Below are positions 1-11,540 of a stretch of DNA of 64,000 nt, piece after piece; the first letter of the stretch is position 1, and every line of letters begins with the position of its first letter. The notes under the pieces were generated by a model, which saw only the letters and a program-made list of their open reading frames with translations, searched no databases and was not told the DNA's origin. Source of the stretch: Octopus vulgaris (taxonomy: Eukaryota); contig OX597824.1 of the NCBI GenBank assembly GCA_951406725.2, forward strand, positions 37,510,001 through 37,574,000, read 5' to 3'. The position numbers and the translations under genes are program-made.

Positions 1-49
1 ATGATGATGAAGTACAAGATGATATGAAGGGATAAAACTTTATACAAAC

Positions 50-192
50 CTCACAAGTCCAACATCACGTGCTTCATCTGAAGTTATAGCCCTCGCTGTA
101 TAAGCTAGTTCTCTAACAAGGCTTTGATTGCCAATAATTCTTGGTAAACGTTGTAAAGTGCCAACATCAGCTGCGAGACCAAAGTCGACTTC
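50..192 (-). CDS. ECH1: ECH1 coding exon (most 3' exon in the window; gene continues beyond position 1)
   Basis: ttcctttag acceptor and GTTTGT donor; translates EVDFGLAADVGTLQRLPRIIGNQSLVRELAYTARAITSDEARDVGLV(S), matching the dienoyl-CoA isomerase KEVDxGLAADVGTLQRLP motif; 143 nt, phase 0 to 2. Confidence 0.95.
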
Positions 193-238
193 CTAAAGGA
201 AATAAATGCACAGAAATGTCAGAGAGTATTCAGAAATT

Positions 239-271
<33 letters not shown>

Positions 272-286
272 ATAATCATTGTATAT

Positions 287-489
287 TCTTACTCTTTTAC
301 TTGTTTCAGTCATTTGACTGCGTCCATGCTGGAGCAGCACCTTTAGTCAAGCAAATCGACCCCAGGACTTATTCTTTGTAAGTCTAGTACTTATTCTATT
401 TTTTTTTTACTGAACCACTAAGTTACGGGGACGTAAACACACCAGCATCAGTTGTCAAGTGATGTTGGGGGGACAAACACAGATACACA

Positions 490-546
<57 letters not shown>

Positions 547-719
547 GCAGATATATATACACAATGGGATTCTTTCCATTTACCAAATCCACTCACAAGG
601 CTTTGGTCGGCCCGAGGCTATCGTAAAAGGCACTTGCCCGAGGTACCACGCAGTGGGACTGAACTTGGAACCCTGTGGTTCGTAAGCAAGCTACTTACCA
701 CACAGCCACTCACATGCCT
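287..719 (-). mobile_element. tRNA-derived SINE, family A (internal TA microsatellite)
   Basis: Reverse complement of head AGGCGTAGGAGTGGCTGTGTGGTAAG...GGTTCAGTCCC (Pol III A/B-box-like) with a GTAAAAGAGTA tail; many near-identical copies in the window. Confidence 0.85.
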
Positions 720-985
720 ATATATATATGGACATATATATGCACATACATATTCACGTATATATGCACATGTATTAAAAAAGAGTTGCATGAAATAAAA
801 TATGCCTTGAAAGCCGATATATAAAGAGTTGAATAATGAAGTTTCAGCTATATTTTGAGAAATATCCACAATGATTAGCTCCTCTCTTCCAACAATATGT
901 TACGCCAACAAGTGGCAAATCTAACACCAACCTGTTTACTCTCTTATAGAATTCTGCTGCTTCTGTATAGTTCTTGAACTCAGAT

Positions 986-1745
986 CTTAGCAAGGTAGCT
1001 AATCACTAATAGCAAGGTGGCTACTCACTATTAGCAAGGTAGCTACACTCACTCTTAGCAAGGTGACTACTCATCATTAACAAGGTGGCTACACTGACTA
1101 TTAGCAAAGTGCCTATACTCACTCTTAGCAAGGTGACTACTCATCATTAACAAAGTGGCTACTCACTATTAACAAGGTGCCTATACTCACTATAAGCAAG
1201 ATGCCTATACTCACTATTAGCAAAGTGCCTATACTCACTCTTAGCAAGGTGACTACTCATCATTAACAAGGTAGCTACTCACTATTAACAAGGTGCCTAT
1301 ACTCACTATTAGCAAGGTGGCTACACTCACTCTCAGAAAAGTGACTACTTACTCTTAGCAAGGTGACTACTCATCATTAACAAGGTGGCTACTCACTATT
1401 AACAAGGTGCCTATACTCACTATAAACAAGATGCCTATACTCACTATTAGCAAGGTGGCTACACCCACTCTTAGCAAGGTGACTACTCATCATTAAGAAG
1501 GTGCCTATACTCACTATTAGCAAGATGCCTATACTCACTATTAGCAAGGTGGCTACACTCACTCTTAGCAAGGTAACTACTCATCATTCACAAGGTGGCT
1601 ACTCATTATTAACAAGGTGCCTATATTCACTATTAGCAAAGTGCCTATACTCACTCTTAGCAAGGTGGCTACACTTACTCTCAGCAAGGTGGTTACTCAC
1701 TATTAGCAAGGTGGCTAGATACTGTTAACACGGTGATTACTTACA
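986..1745. repeat. Minisatellite of 22/24-bp units (ACTCACTATTAGCAAGGTGGCT[AC]) in an ECH1 intron
   Basis: About 30 head-to-tail diverged units with recurring variants (ACTCATCATTAACAAGG, GTGCCTATAC). Confidence 0.9.
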
Positions 1746-1788
1746 ATTATCAAAGCAACATTTAAGAATTTGTAAAGTAGTAACTTAC

Positions 1789-1902
1789 TTTTACTTGGAA
1801 CCATGCATCTTTGGTACAATATCTCATGTCACAAGCGGATATTAGATCCACACCAAATCCAATACAGGCGCCATGGACAGCTGAGATTACAGGTTTAGGA
1901 CA
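1789..1902 (-). CDS. ECH1: ECH1 coding exon
   Basis: cttcttcag acceptor, GTAAGT donor; 114 nt encoding [38 protein letters not shown] (crotonase-fold signature). Confidence 0.95.
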
Positions 1903-2925
1903 CTGAAGAAGTAGAAAGTATTAATTTATATTTCAATCAGATATTTTTCTATTTTAGCTCAATCATTCATTAGTTAGCTTAAGTTTCTTATCTCATTCTC
2001 TCTCTCACACATACATGCGCACACACAGGATTTAAAAAAAAATCATATATTTAAATCATTATATATTTTTTTATTTCTTCTTTAACATTATAAACAACCA
2101 GTAAGTTACTGCAATATGGAAAGCAAAATCCTCTGGCTGTGACATGCCTCTATGGCCAAGGTCAAATTGTTGAAACCAGTAAAACAATATTTTTTTTTTC
2201 AGTACAAGCACACAAAGTAATTAGTACCAAAACTATGATTTACATTTACCAAGTTCCTGCACAGTAGAATGTGAAAGGCAGTCACTGTGGGATTCTGTGT
2301 AAGAGAATAAATTTCTCTATTGATCTAATAAGGATTCGTTGGCCTTCAACAATTTAGCATAACATTATAAAAGAGCTAAACACAAATATTTTTTGTTGTC
2401 TTTCTGAAATTAAGTATCTAAATATACCCTACAAAGTAGTCCTGAGATTTTAAAATGGGGTTAACTGAAAGATCCACTGCTCACCATCAACATGATAATT
2501 AATCAGAAATTATAATTGAAATGATAGTTTTGATATTATCATTAAATGTTGCAAAACTAACAAAACAGCTCCCAACGTTTATAGTATTTACAGCTACATT
2601 AACTGCTAGAGTTATCTCGCAATTAAGTACAGCATCATTGATGGGATGAGAGCTACAAACTCATCAGCTCTTGAGAGATATTCCCAGATAATTTGGTATC
2701 TCAAGAGCAAAGTAAGCAAAGGAAAATTAATTAAAGGTATCACCACTTAACGATTAAATGCAGTGAATTTGAACTGAAGGCCTATGCAATTAGTAGCCTA
2801 GACTATATCCAACTAGCCTTTTCACTTTCCCACCCCACCTCCCAAACTGTGATTCTTCACAGTTGGCCATGATTGTTATTTGTGACCGTTTTAAGTAAAC
2901 TGAAGATTACAAAACAATGATTTAC

Positions 2926-3050
2926 CTTTTCAAATGCACTGCATGTATCTTGGAAATCTTTGATAGTTTTATAAAGTGCAAAAGCCCTCCTTGATACTTC
3001 CATATCTCCAGTCTCTTGGTAAACTTCTGCTAATGAGGCAAAATCAACCC
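2926..3050 (-). CDS. ECH1: ECH1 coding exon
   Basis: ttttcag acceptor, AAG|GTAAAT donor; 125 nt, phase 1 to 0; (G)VDFASLAEVYQETGDMEVSRRAFALYKTIKDFQDTCSAFEK, in frame with both neighbours. Confidence 0.9.
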
Positions 3051-3134
3051 CTGAAAATAGATTATATTAAGATAAAGAATTTTAGAGATATTCTAGAAAA
3101 AAAGATTTTTAGTTTTGAATAAGATTCAAGTCAA

Positions 3135-3335
3135 ATTTTTTGGCACAAGGCTAGCAATTTTGCAGGAGGAGATGAGTCAATTACATCAATCATAGTGTTT
3201 GACTGGTACCTACTTTTACTGAGCCTGAAAGGGTGAAAGGCAAAGTTGACCACGTCAGGACTTGAACCCAGAATGTAAAGACAGACAAAATGCCATTAAG
3301 GTTTTTTGTCTAGCATGCTAACAATTCTACTAGCT
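3135..3335 (-). mobile_element. SINE family B, heavily CpG-decayed copy
   Basis: Aligns by eye to intact family B copies (GAAAGGCAAAGTCGACCTCGGCGGAATTTGAACTCAGAACG) with CG changed to TG/CA throughout. Confidence 0.75.
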
Positions 3336-3400
3336 TTAGTTTTGAATAAGATTAAGAGAAGAAAACACTATCTTACATCTTGTGAATGATGTTTTACTAT

Positions 3401-3790
3401 AGCATAGGAGTGGCTCAGTGGTAAGTAGCTTGCTTACAAACCACATAGTTTCGGGTTCAGTCCCACTGCGTGGCACCTTGGGCATGTGGCTACTCACTAT
3501 TGCCTTGGGCCGACCAAAGCCTTGTGAGTGGATTTATTAGACAGAAACTGAAAGAAGTCCGTCGTATATATGTATGTGTATGTACATGTTTGTGAGCCTG
3601 TGCTTGTCCCTCCAACATCGCTTGACAACCGATGCTGGTGGGTTTACGTGCCCGTAACTTAGTGGTTCGGCAAAAGAGACTGATAGAATAAGTACTAGGC
3701 TTACAAAGAATAAGTCCTGGGGTCGATTTGCTCGACTAAAGGCAGTGCTCCAGCATGGCCACAGTCAAACTGAAATAAGTAAAGTAAAAA
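3401..3790 (+). mobile_element. SINE family A
   Basis: Full-length head-to-tail match to the other family A copies. Confidence 0.85.
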
Positions 3791-4317
3791 GTATGTATTG
3801 TTCCGTATAGGTAGAATAGATGTTGTTGGAGTAATTGTTTATAGATTTGTTAAAGCCTTTTACACTAAGTATATCAACAGTGAAGTTGAAATAAAATCTG
3901 CTTTTTTTTTCTCATCTAACCATCTCCTTTCACATTCCCATGAAATTCACCCTTGCCTCGTGTCCTGAAATAGGGTCTTGGTCTGGAAGTTTTAGTGTTT
4001 TGAGGAGTTTGGAACCAATATTTAGCCCCTATTGTTCCCAAGTCTACTCTGACCCAGAGTAGTAGCACCTGTTAGGGTCTCAGCTATGGGTTAACTAGCT
4101 TGTCACAAAATTGTTTCCTGAAGAAGGTCCCTCACACAGCGCAACAAACCCAGAGCAGATGAGGTCCTTCAGCTCTTTAGTTGCTCATCTAAGAGAAGAT
4201 AACTCCATACAAATCCTGCATTCTGATAATTACTGGGCTTGTGACGCTTGTTGCACCAGACCAATACAAATTTGAAAGCTGAGACAATAAGACTGGCTCT
4301 GCATAAACCATGCCTAC

Positions 4318-4352
<35 letters not shown>

Positions 4353-4354
<2 letters not shown>

Positions 4355-4745
4355 GCAGTGAAAGAATTTGACAAGATTAGTAAATATAAAGACTTGCTAA
4401 TAGAAATTGAAAAGATGTGGCATCTCAAGGCGACTACAGTACCAGTGATTGTAGGATCTCTAGGAATGATAAAAACCTATTTGAAAATGATATCAGGCCT
4501 ACCATCCCTACAGGAAGCGCAAAAAATCGTGTTAATTGGAATGGCTCATGTACTGAGAAGAGCATTATCGCTGTGAAAACAACATCCATTCATGAATTTA
4601 TTTATTCATTAATTTTTTAAATACATATTTTACCTGTGAATTTGCGTGTGTAATCTGGGAATGCATACAATGAGCTTCTCTGCCCTAGGTGTACAGAAAA
4701 TACTCGGCGAGAAACGGAAGAAAATTTGAAGAAAAAAGGGAAAAT
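4353..4745 (+). mobile_element. 5'-truncated R4/Dong-like non-LTR retrotransposon (restriction-like endonuclease C-terminus) inserted in (AAT)n
   Basis: KISKYKDLLIEIEKMWHLKATTVPVIVGSLG...QKIVLIGMAHVLRRAL matches the R4/Dong RLE C-terminus; (AAT)n on both sides, the known Dong target. Confidence 0.75.
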
Positions 4746-4967
4746 AATAATAATAATAATAATATTCATTATGTGAATTATTCAGCAAACCAAGGCATTG
4801 GTGCCAACACCATCACATAAATTCAGTGGCAATAGGAACAGCTAGAGGGTGTTACAGGAAGTCTTCAGTTTAATCATACACACATGCAGCCATTCGGGTG
4901 ATGGTCATTTTTTACACGTGTCTGGAACTGTCATTCATCAAAGGGGTGAGAGTATGCGCACACACAC

Positions 4968-5708
4968 ATCATCATCATTTAACATCTATTGTCCATGCTA
5001 TCATGGACTGGACGGTGTGACCAGAGCTGACAAGCCAGGTAAGCTGCACCAGACTAGTCTGATTTGGTATAGTTTACTATGGCTGGATGCCCTTCCTAAC
5101 ACCAACCACTTTACAGAGTGTACTGGATACTTTTATGCAGCACTGCATGGATGCTTTTATGCGATGCTGCATGGTTACTTTCACATGTCACCACAAGGGC
5201 ACTTTTACACGTCAGCGCCATGGGTGCATTACACAATCAGTAAGATCAGACTTAACTCTTCTGCTGCTTAACACAAACAAATATATGTACGTATACCAGC
5301 GTCGCCTTACTGGCACTGAAGCCCCATGCTAGTAGGGTGTTAAAATCACTATCCAAGCGTGATCGTTGCCAGAGTGGCTATCTGGCCTCCATACCGGTGG
5401 CATGTAAAAGGTACTATTCGAGTGTGATCGTTACCAGCATTGCCTTACTGGTACCTGTGCCATGTGTAAAAGATTCGAGCGAGGTTGTTGCCAGTACTGC
5501 CTGACTGGCCCCATGCCGGTGGCATGTAAAAGCACCCACTACACTCTTGGAGTGGTTGGCGTTAGGAAGGGCATCTAGCTGTAGAAACTCTGCCAGATCA
5601 AGATTGAAGCCTGGTGCAGCCATCTGGTTCGCCAGCCCTCAGTCAAATCATCCAACCCATGCTAGCATGGAAAGCGGACGTTAAATGATGATGATGATGG
5701 TGATGATG
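4968..5708. mobile_element. Two oppositely oriented RTE-LINE 3'UTR fragments (about 4968-5230 minus, 5290-5708 plus) with (ATG)n tails
   Basis: Share GGATGCCCTTCCTAA...CCAACCAC and CCAACCCATGCTAGCATGGAAAGCGGACG with the RTE tails at 17327-18047 and 18726-19686. Confidence 0.7.
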
Positions 5709-6302
5709 AAATGTATATGTATCAGTGTGTTTGTTTACAGATTCTCTGAATATTGCAAGCTGAAACTGGTGATGCTGTTGTAATTTCTGTTGTCAAGGAA
5801 TCATACCTTCACTATGTAACCTTGAAAAAGAGTGATAGAAGAGATTCTCTTATTTGTAATAGAGAAGGGTTAATGATGGGAAGAGAATCTGGCTGTGTTA
5901 ATGATTGAGATTTGTTATGGTCAAAAAAAAGAAGTGCTTGCTAAATTCTTGCTTTTCCCACAGTAATATAAATGTAGTGGTTTGACAGAAAACAAAACAT
6001 ATCATCAGAACTGTTCTCTGACGAATAAATTAAAAACTAAAAAACATTTGAGAATCAGGTGTGAGGGTCTTGAGTCAAATTTTGAAAGATCTCACCTATG
6101 TTTATGATAGTAAATTCTTTGTCAGGCTCAAAATCATAAATTTTCTAAGAGAAAGAGAGTCTGTGATGTTTATGTCTTATGTTAGTAGTGCTGGTGAAAC
6201 ATCATTTCTTGGTCAATGAACATGGCAGTTTACTACAGTATCTGGCATTAATACTGATAGCATATTTAAAAAAAAAAACTGATAAAGCCAGTATGAACAA
6301 AC

Positions 6303-6391
6303 CTGCAGTAAATACTCGTCCTGCCCCGCTAAGAACCACAACACGGCAGTCTGGATCATAGGAAAGCTTTTTGAAGGCAGAAATAACATCT
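6303..6391 (-). CDS. ECH1: ECH1 coding exon
   Basis: tttctcttgtag acceptor, CAG|GTTTGT donor; 89 nt encoding DVISAFKKLSYDPDCRVVVLSGAGRVFTA(G), similar to ECH1 DCRAVVISGAGKMFTAG. Confidence 0.93.
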
Positions 6392-6874
6392 CTACAAGAG
6401 AAATATATAAATATGTATACATTTAGTATTTTCTTTGTTTATTACATTAGTAAGAAAAATTATCTTTAATTGAATTTAGCTAAATAATTGAAACAATATT
6501 TATATCTAATATGTATATTTTTGTATGTTCCATTCTCCATCAACTCATTAGAAATCAACAAATATTTGTTCATCTCTGTGATAAAAGTCAAACGTTTCCA
6601 GCAATATTTTTTCCACTCGCCCAAAACTGGAAAATAATTGCCAATTACCTTCAGTTATGCTACAGTGTTTAATCAGTTTTTCTGTTTCATCTTCTTGGAG
6701 GCAACTTTATCTATGTCCTACCTGTCTACCTTCTAGCTTATTCAAACAAACCCCGCATATTTCCTACCTTTGACAGTTTTTGTGTTAAGCATTACTATCC
6801 CATAATACAAAGGTAATGTGGCAAAATTAATAAAAATATTGATTTAGTAGCTCATTCACAGGTTGGGAGTTACG

Positions 6875-7738
6875 ATCAAGTAGAAGTGTTTAACAGCTTC
6901 AATACCCCTAGTTTTAGATATAAGATAAAGTTTGCAGGGAAATATTTAACAGAAAGGATCCCTCATTGTTAGATATTTCTGATATATTTCATCCAGAATG
7001 GCCCTTCATCTGAAAGTAAAAAAAAAAAATTTTTCTCTCTCATGAAAAGTCCATCTCAAAACATCAGTGTCTTTTTTATGCAAACTCACAATTTTTTTCT
7101 GTATGTAAATCTGAAAGTGACAAGTCGCATCTGTAAAAATTTTTATCCATATCTTATGGGGGTTGTATCTTTATCACAGAGAAAATTGGATGACAGTTAG
7201 CTTAGAGTACAGAGAGTTAAAATCCCGGTGGAAGGAAGATGAATCAAAGTTTCTATAGTTTCGTTTAATATTTCCACAAATAAGTTCAAGGGAGATAATT
7301 CTGTCATCTTCACCTTGGCAAATGTACAGATTCTAGTTTACAGGATTCTTTAGATCAATTCTGGAGTAGATTTGAGATGTTGATTCCAATATAAACTATT
7401 AGTTTTCACCCTGATGGATCTAGTTTTGGAGATGTATGTTGATGTACTGACTCGTGCATTAAAATTGGGGACCCCTATCACGCTTGTCACTTTCAGATTT
7501 ACATACAGAAAAAATTTGTGAGTTTGCATAAAAAAAAAATACTGACGTTTTGAGATGGACTTTTCACACGAGTGAAAAATATAGTTTTTTTTTTTACTTT
7601 CAGTTGAAGAGCCATTCTGGATGAGATATATCAGAAATATTTAACAATGAGGGATCCTTTCTGTTAAATATTTCCCTGCAAACTTTATCATATATCTAAA
7701 ACTAGGAGTATTGAAGCCGTTAAACACTTCTACTTGAT
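6875..7738. repeat. Long inverted repeat, ~250-bp arms (6875-7124 / 7483-7738) with ~360-bp spacer
   Basis: ATCAAGTAGAAGTGTTTAAC...CTGAAAGTGACAAG is mirrored by CTTGTCACTTTCAG...GTTAAACACTTCTACTTGAT with few mismatches. Confidence 0.9.
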
Positions 7739-8558
7739 TTTGATACCATTGAATTTAAGATCTATTCTTGCATATATTTGAAGTGATGATTTCAAATACA
7801 TCAAAATATTCAGTTTTGGGAGATACAGCACACTCTCTTATTTGCTGATATAGCCATTCATACATTGAAATTAGGGATTTCAGTTGCACCTCAGAAGTTA
7901 GATCAATTCTTAGGTACATTTGGGTCACTATTCCAAAACAATATCAGTTTTGACCTTTCAACTCTAATGACTAAATAATCTATTTTAATACAAAAATAAT
8001 GAAAATATTAATGCTGATAATATACTAAAGACTAATAAAACAACCAATATTTATTAAATCTAATTATTTCAAACCAACAGCTAAAAGTAATGACATTAAT
8101 CAAAAGAAGTGTATGCTAAGTTATAAATTCTCTAGAATGAGCATGGAAAAACTTAAGACAAGATTTCTGATGATCTCAGATAACAGATCTTACCAAAGAT
8201 CCACAATTCATAGATTCTAATGTGCATGATCTTAGCTGGTTCTGGTTGTCAAACATTTTCTTGACAATTTTCAGACAACAATTCTCTAAATCTAGAAGAC
8301 ATGTTCTCCGATTTTAAACTTGGATGTAAATGCAAACATCAAGGTTTATTACCTCCATAAACACTTAAATTACTTCTTAGACAGGTTTTGAGATTACAAG
8401 CAAGGAGTAAGGAGAATGGAAGATGGGATACTCACACACTGGAAAGCAGGTTACTGCAGAAATTTTCAGCTAAATATTTCTTGAGAAAGTTCTATAGCAG
8501 ACACTTTTTGATGTTCCATATCTGATCATTTTCATGTTTAATATTTATTTTCGTGTTA

Positions 8559-8770
8559 AGGCATTGAGCTGGCAGAATTGTTTGCATGCTGGGCAAAATG
8601 CATAGTAGCATTTTCATTCGTCTTTGAGTTCTGAGAATAAATTTTGCCCGGGTTGACTTTGCCTTTTATCCTTTTGGGATTGATAAAATAAGTACCAGTT
8701 GAGCACTGGGGGATCAACGTAATTGACTAGCTGCCTCCCCCAAGCTTGTTAGCCTTGTGCCAAAATTTAA
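8559..8770 (+). mobile_element. SINE family B, CpG-decayed copy
   Basis: AGGCATTGAGCTGGCAGAATTGTTTGCATGCTGGGCAAAATG versus intact AGGCGGCGAGCTGGCAGAAACGTTAGCACGCCGGGCGAAATG. Confidence 0.75.
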
Positions 8771-9343
8771 AATTAATATCTATTTTCATGTTACAAAGAA
8801 TTCTAATGCAGTTCTCTCAAAGATTTTTATGTTGGTGGTTTCACTTGTTTTATTATCATTTTTATTTTATTAACAGCATTAATATTGTAATTTTTTAATC
8901 AAAAAAGCAGGTGATTCATGAATTAAAGTTGACCTTTGTAAATATTGGGAAATCCTATAAATGATGTGGGTTTTTTATACTTCTTTTATTTTTCAAAACT
9001 AAGATAAACAAAGTTCATTTTTAATCTAAAATATACTGTCCTTCATTTTCTACAATGTTCTTCAATCTATCTGATAAGCTGAGGAGCTGCACCAGGCTTC
9101 ATTCTGATTTGGCATGGTTCTTACAGCTGGATAATCTTCCTAATACCAACCACTCCAAGAGTGTAGTGGGTACTTTTTATGTACCAGTTACAAAACACCA
9201 GCATTGGCCACGACTACAATCTCACTTGGCTTGACAGGTTTTCTCAAGCATGGTATACTGCCAATGGTCTCGGTCACTTTAACCAGCATTCGTGATTTCA
9301 AGGTGGCAAAGCTCCACTTAATTCTAAACAATTGGAACATTAA

Positions 9344-9628
9344 CTCTTTAGTGTTTAAACCGGCCATATCCGGACCAAATATTCTATATGTTTTATATTC
9401 AAACTGGCAATATCTAGCTTCTCACACCTAACCTACTTTCTTTTACTCTTTTACTTGTTTCAGTAAAAGAGCACCATCTTTACTCGAGCAAATCGACCCC
9501 AAGACTTATTCTTTGTAAGCCTAGTACTTATTCTATCGGTCTCTTTTGCCAAACCGCTAAGTTACGGGGACGTAAACACACCAGCATCGGTTGTCAAGCG
9601 ATGTTGGGGGGACAAACACAGACACACA

Positions 9629-9663
<35 letters not shown>

Positions 9664-9956
9664 GATGGGCTTCTTTCAGTTTCCGTCTACCAAATCCACT
9701 CACAAGGCTTTGGTCGGCCCGAGGCTATAGTAGAAGACACTTGCCCAAGGTGCCATGCAGTGGGACTGAACCCGGAACCATGTGGTTCGTAAGCAAGCTT
9801 CTTACCACACAGCCACTCCTACGCCTACATTGATATTCTAAAAATAAACAATCACATTATTGAAACCTCAAAGCTATAAGATAATGCAAGATTAATTCAA
9901 AACAATTTGAGTAAAAAAATACTACATTTAACAGGAGTAATCTGAACATTAAAGGG
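9344..9956. mobile_element. piggyBac-like MITE (TTAA TSD) interrupted by a family A SINE (about 9438-9826, minus)
   Basis: TTAA-CTCTTTAGTGTTT ... GAACATTAAAGGG-TTAA; near-identical to the MITE at 14864-15471; CCTAC repeated at both SINE ends. Confidence 0.75.
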
Positions 9957-9993
9957 TTAAATAGTTAAATCAATGCAAAATTAGTAAACTTAC

Positions 9994-10159
9994 TCTGATA
10001 ATTCTCGATTGATGGCATTTCTTTTGTCGGGTCGGTTAAATTCTACATGGAATACCCAGTCACTTGGTTTAGTGACTTTCAAGTTTTCATATTGGTAATC
10101 TGTGGCTGCCACAGTCATGGTTCTATATAAACCATACTTTGTTCCAAGTAATCTTGTTG
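9994..10159 (-). CDS. ECH1: ECH1 coding exon (end of putative mitochondrial presequence plus start of crotonase domain)
   Basis: ttttaattaacag acceptor, GTAAGT donor; 166 nt, phase 1 to 2; TRLLGTKYGLYRTMTVAATDYQYENLKVTKPSDWVFHVEFNRPDKRNAINRELS(E), containing the NRPxKRNA motif. Confidence 0.9.
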
Positions 10160-10352
10160 CTGTTAATTAAAAGAGAAAAAGAAAAAACTACAGTAAATTT
10201 CAGTAAATAAGTTAAATTGAATTAACTGCACCAATTAATTAATTAATCTCCTCTGTTTTTAGATAACATTCCTATTATTAAATCAAAACATAACTACTTA
10301 GTGGCATGAGAAACATTTTCACTGATTCAACCAAAAATACATTTACTTGGAT

Positions 10353-10750
10353 CTACTCTCTTTTACTCTTTTACTCGTTTCAGTCATTTGATGGTGGCCA
10401 TGCTGGAGCACCGCCTTTAGTCAAACAAATCGACCCCCAGGACTTATTCTTTGTAAGCCTAGTACTTCTTCTATCAGTCTCTTTTGTCAAACCGCTAAGT
10501 TATGGGGACGTAAACACACCAGCATCGGTTGTCAAGCGATGTTGGGGGGACAAACACAGACACACAAACATACACATACATATATATGAGAACCTTCTTT
10601 CAGTTTCCATCTACCGAATCCACTCACAAGGCTTTGGTTGGCCCGAGGCTATAGTAGAAGACATTTGCCCAAGGTACCATGCAGTGGGACTGAACCCGGA
10701 ACCATGTGGTTTGTAAGCAAGCTACTTACCACACAGCCACTCCTATGCCT
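10353..10750 (-). mobile_element. SINE family A
   Basis: Full-length match to the other copies. Confidence 0.85.
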
Positions 10751-10859
10751 AATATAACAAGAATTTAATAACATGTATATTATTTTTACATAATGAAATC
10801 TATCCTTCACCTGCACCAGATGTCTCTGCTCCATGATTCACTTATAGCTAATCAAGGAA

Positions 10860-11230
10860 ACAGGGCAAAGGTGTCACACTTCGTAATTCCTCTAATATCC
10901 TTAACTGCGAGGGAATAAAGGTTTAAAAACACACACACACGCGTACACAAAGGACTCTTGCATCAAAGATGATGTATGAGTATTCACCTTTTGCCAAATG
11001 ACCAGCACAAATGATTTGTTTGTAGTGATCAAATGTATGTGCTGTACATTAGTTCACTCTCTCTATCAAATCGATGTTGCCTGAACAGATGTATGATGTA
11101 CCACACGTCAGGTGTTTAAGTGATTGCAGAGTAATGTGAGTATTTTGCTCAAGAACACAATACACCACCTGGTCTAGGAATTGATCTCATGATCGTGAGT
11201 GCAATACCCTAACCACTAGGCCATGTGGCC
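10860..11230 (-). mobile_element. Decayed tRNA-derived SINE (family D, related to 34982-35208)
   Basis: Shared TTTGCTCAAGAACACAA...AGGAAT(C/T)GA...CCCTAACCACTA segment. Confidence 0.55.
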
Positions 11231-11399
11231 CCTCTCCCTTTCTCTCTCTTACACACACACACCCACCCACGCACAAATACATGGTGTTAAGAAGGGCATT
11301 CAGGCATAGAAATCCTGCCAAAGCAGTCATTTGGGAATATCCGCCGAAACTACACCTGATTGTCCCCCTTCCATACTCATACACATATGCGTATGTCAT

Positions 11400-11498
11400 G
11401 ACTCATGCGCTGTTCTTTTCCTGACGCTTGTACATTACCCTATGTACTATACATACACTTTAGATGAGTTGTAGTGCACCTGAGCACTGTACACAATG

Positions 11499-11538
<40 letters not shown>
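11400..11538 (+). mobile_element. CR1/L2-like LINE 3' end with (TTA)n tail
   Basis: TAGATGAGTTGTAGTGCACCTGAGCACTGTACACAA is the reverse complement of the 3' end at 47024-47065. Confidence 0.6.

Positions 11539-11539
<1 letters not shown>

Positions 11540-11540
<1 letters not shown>

Noticed and set aside
986-1745. CRISPR-like appearance of short repeats
   Set aside because: Units are contiguous with no unique spacers, there are no cas genes, and the context is a eukaryotic intron
8436-8491. Possible extra ECH1 exon (AG...GTGAGT on the minus strand)
   Set aside because: 56 nt would shift the frame, the pyrimidine tract is weak, and the flanking exons already join in frame
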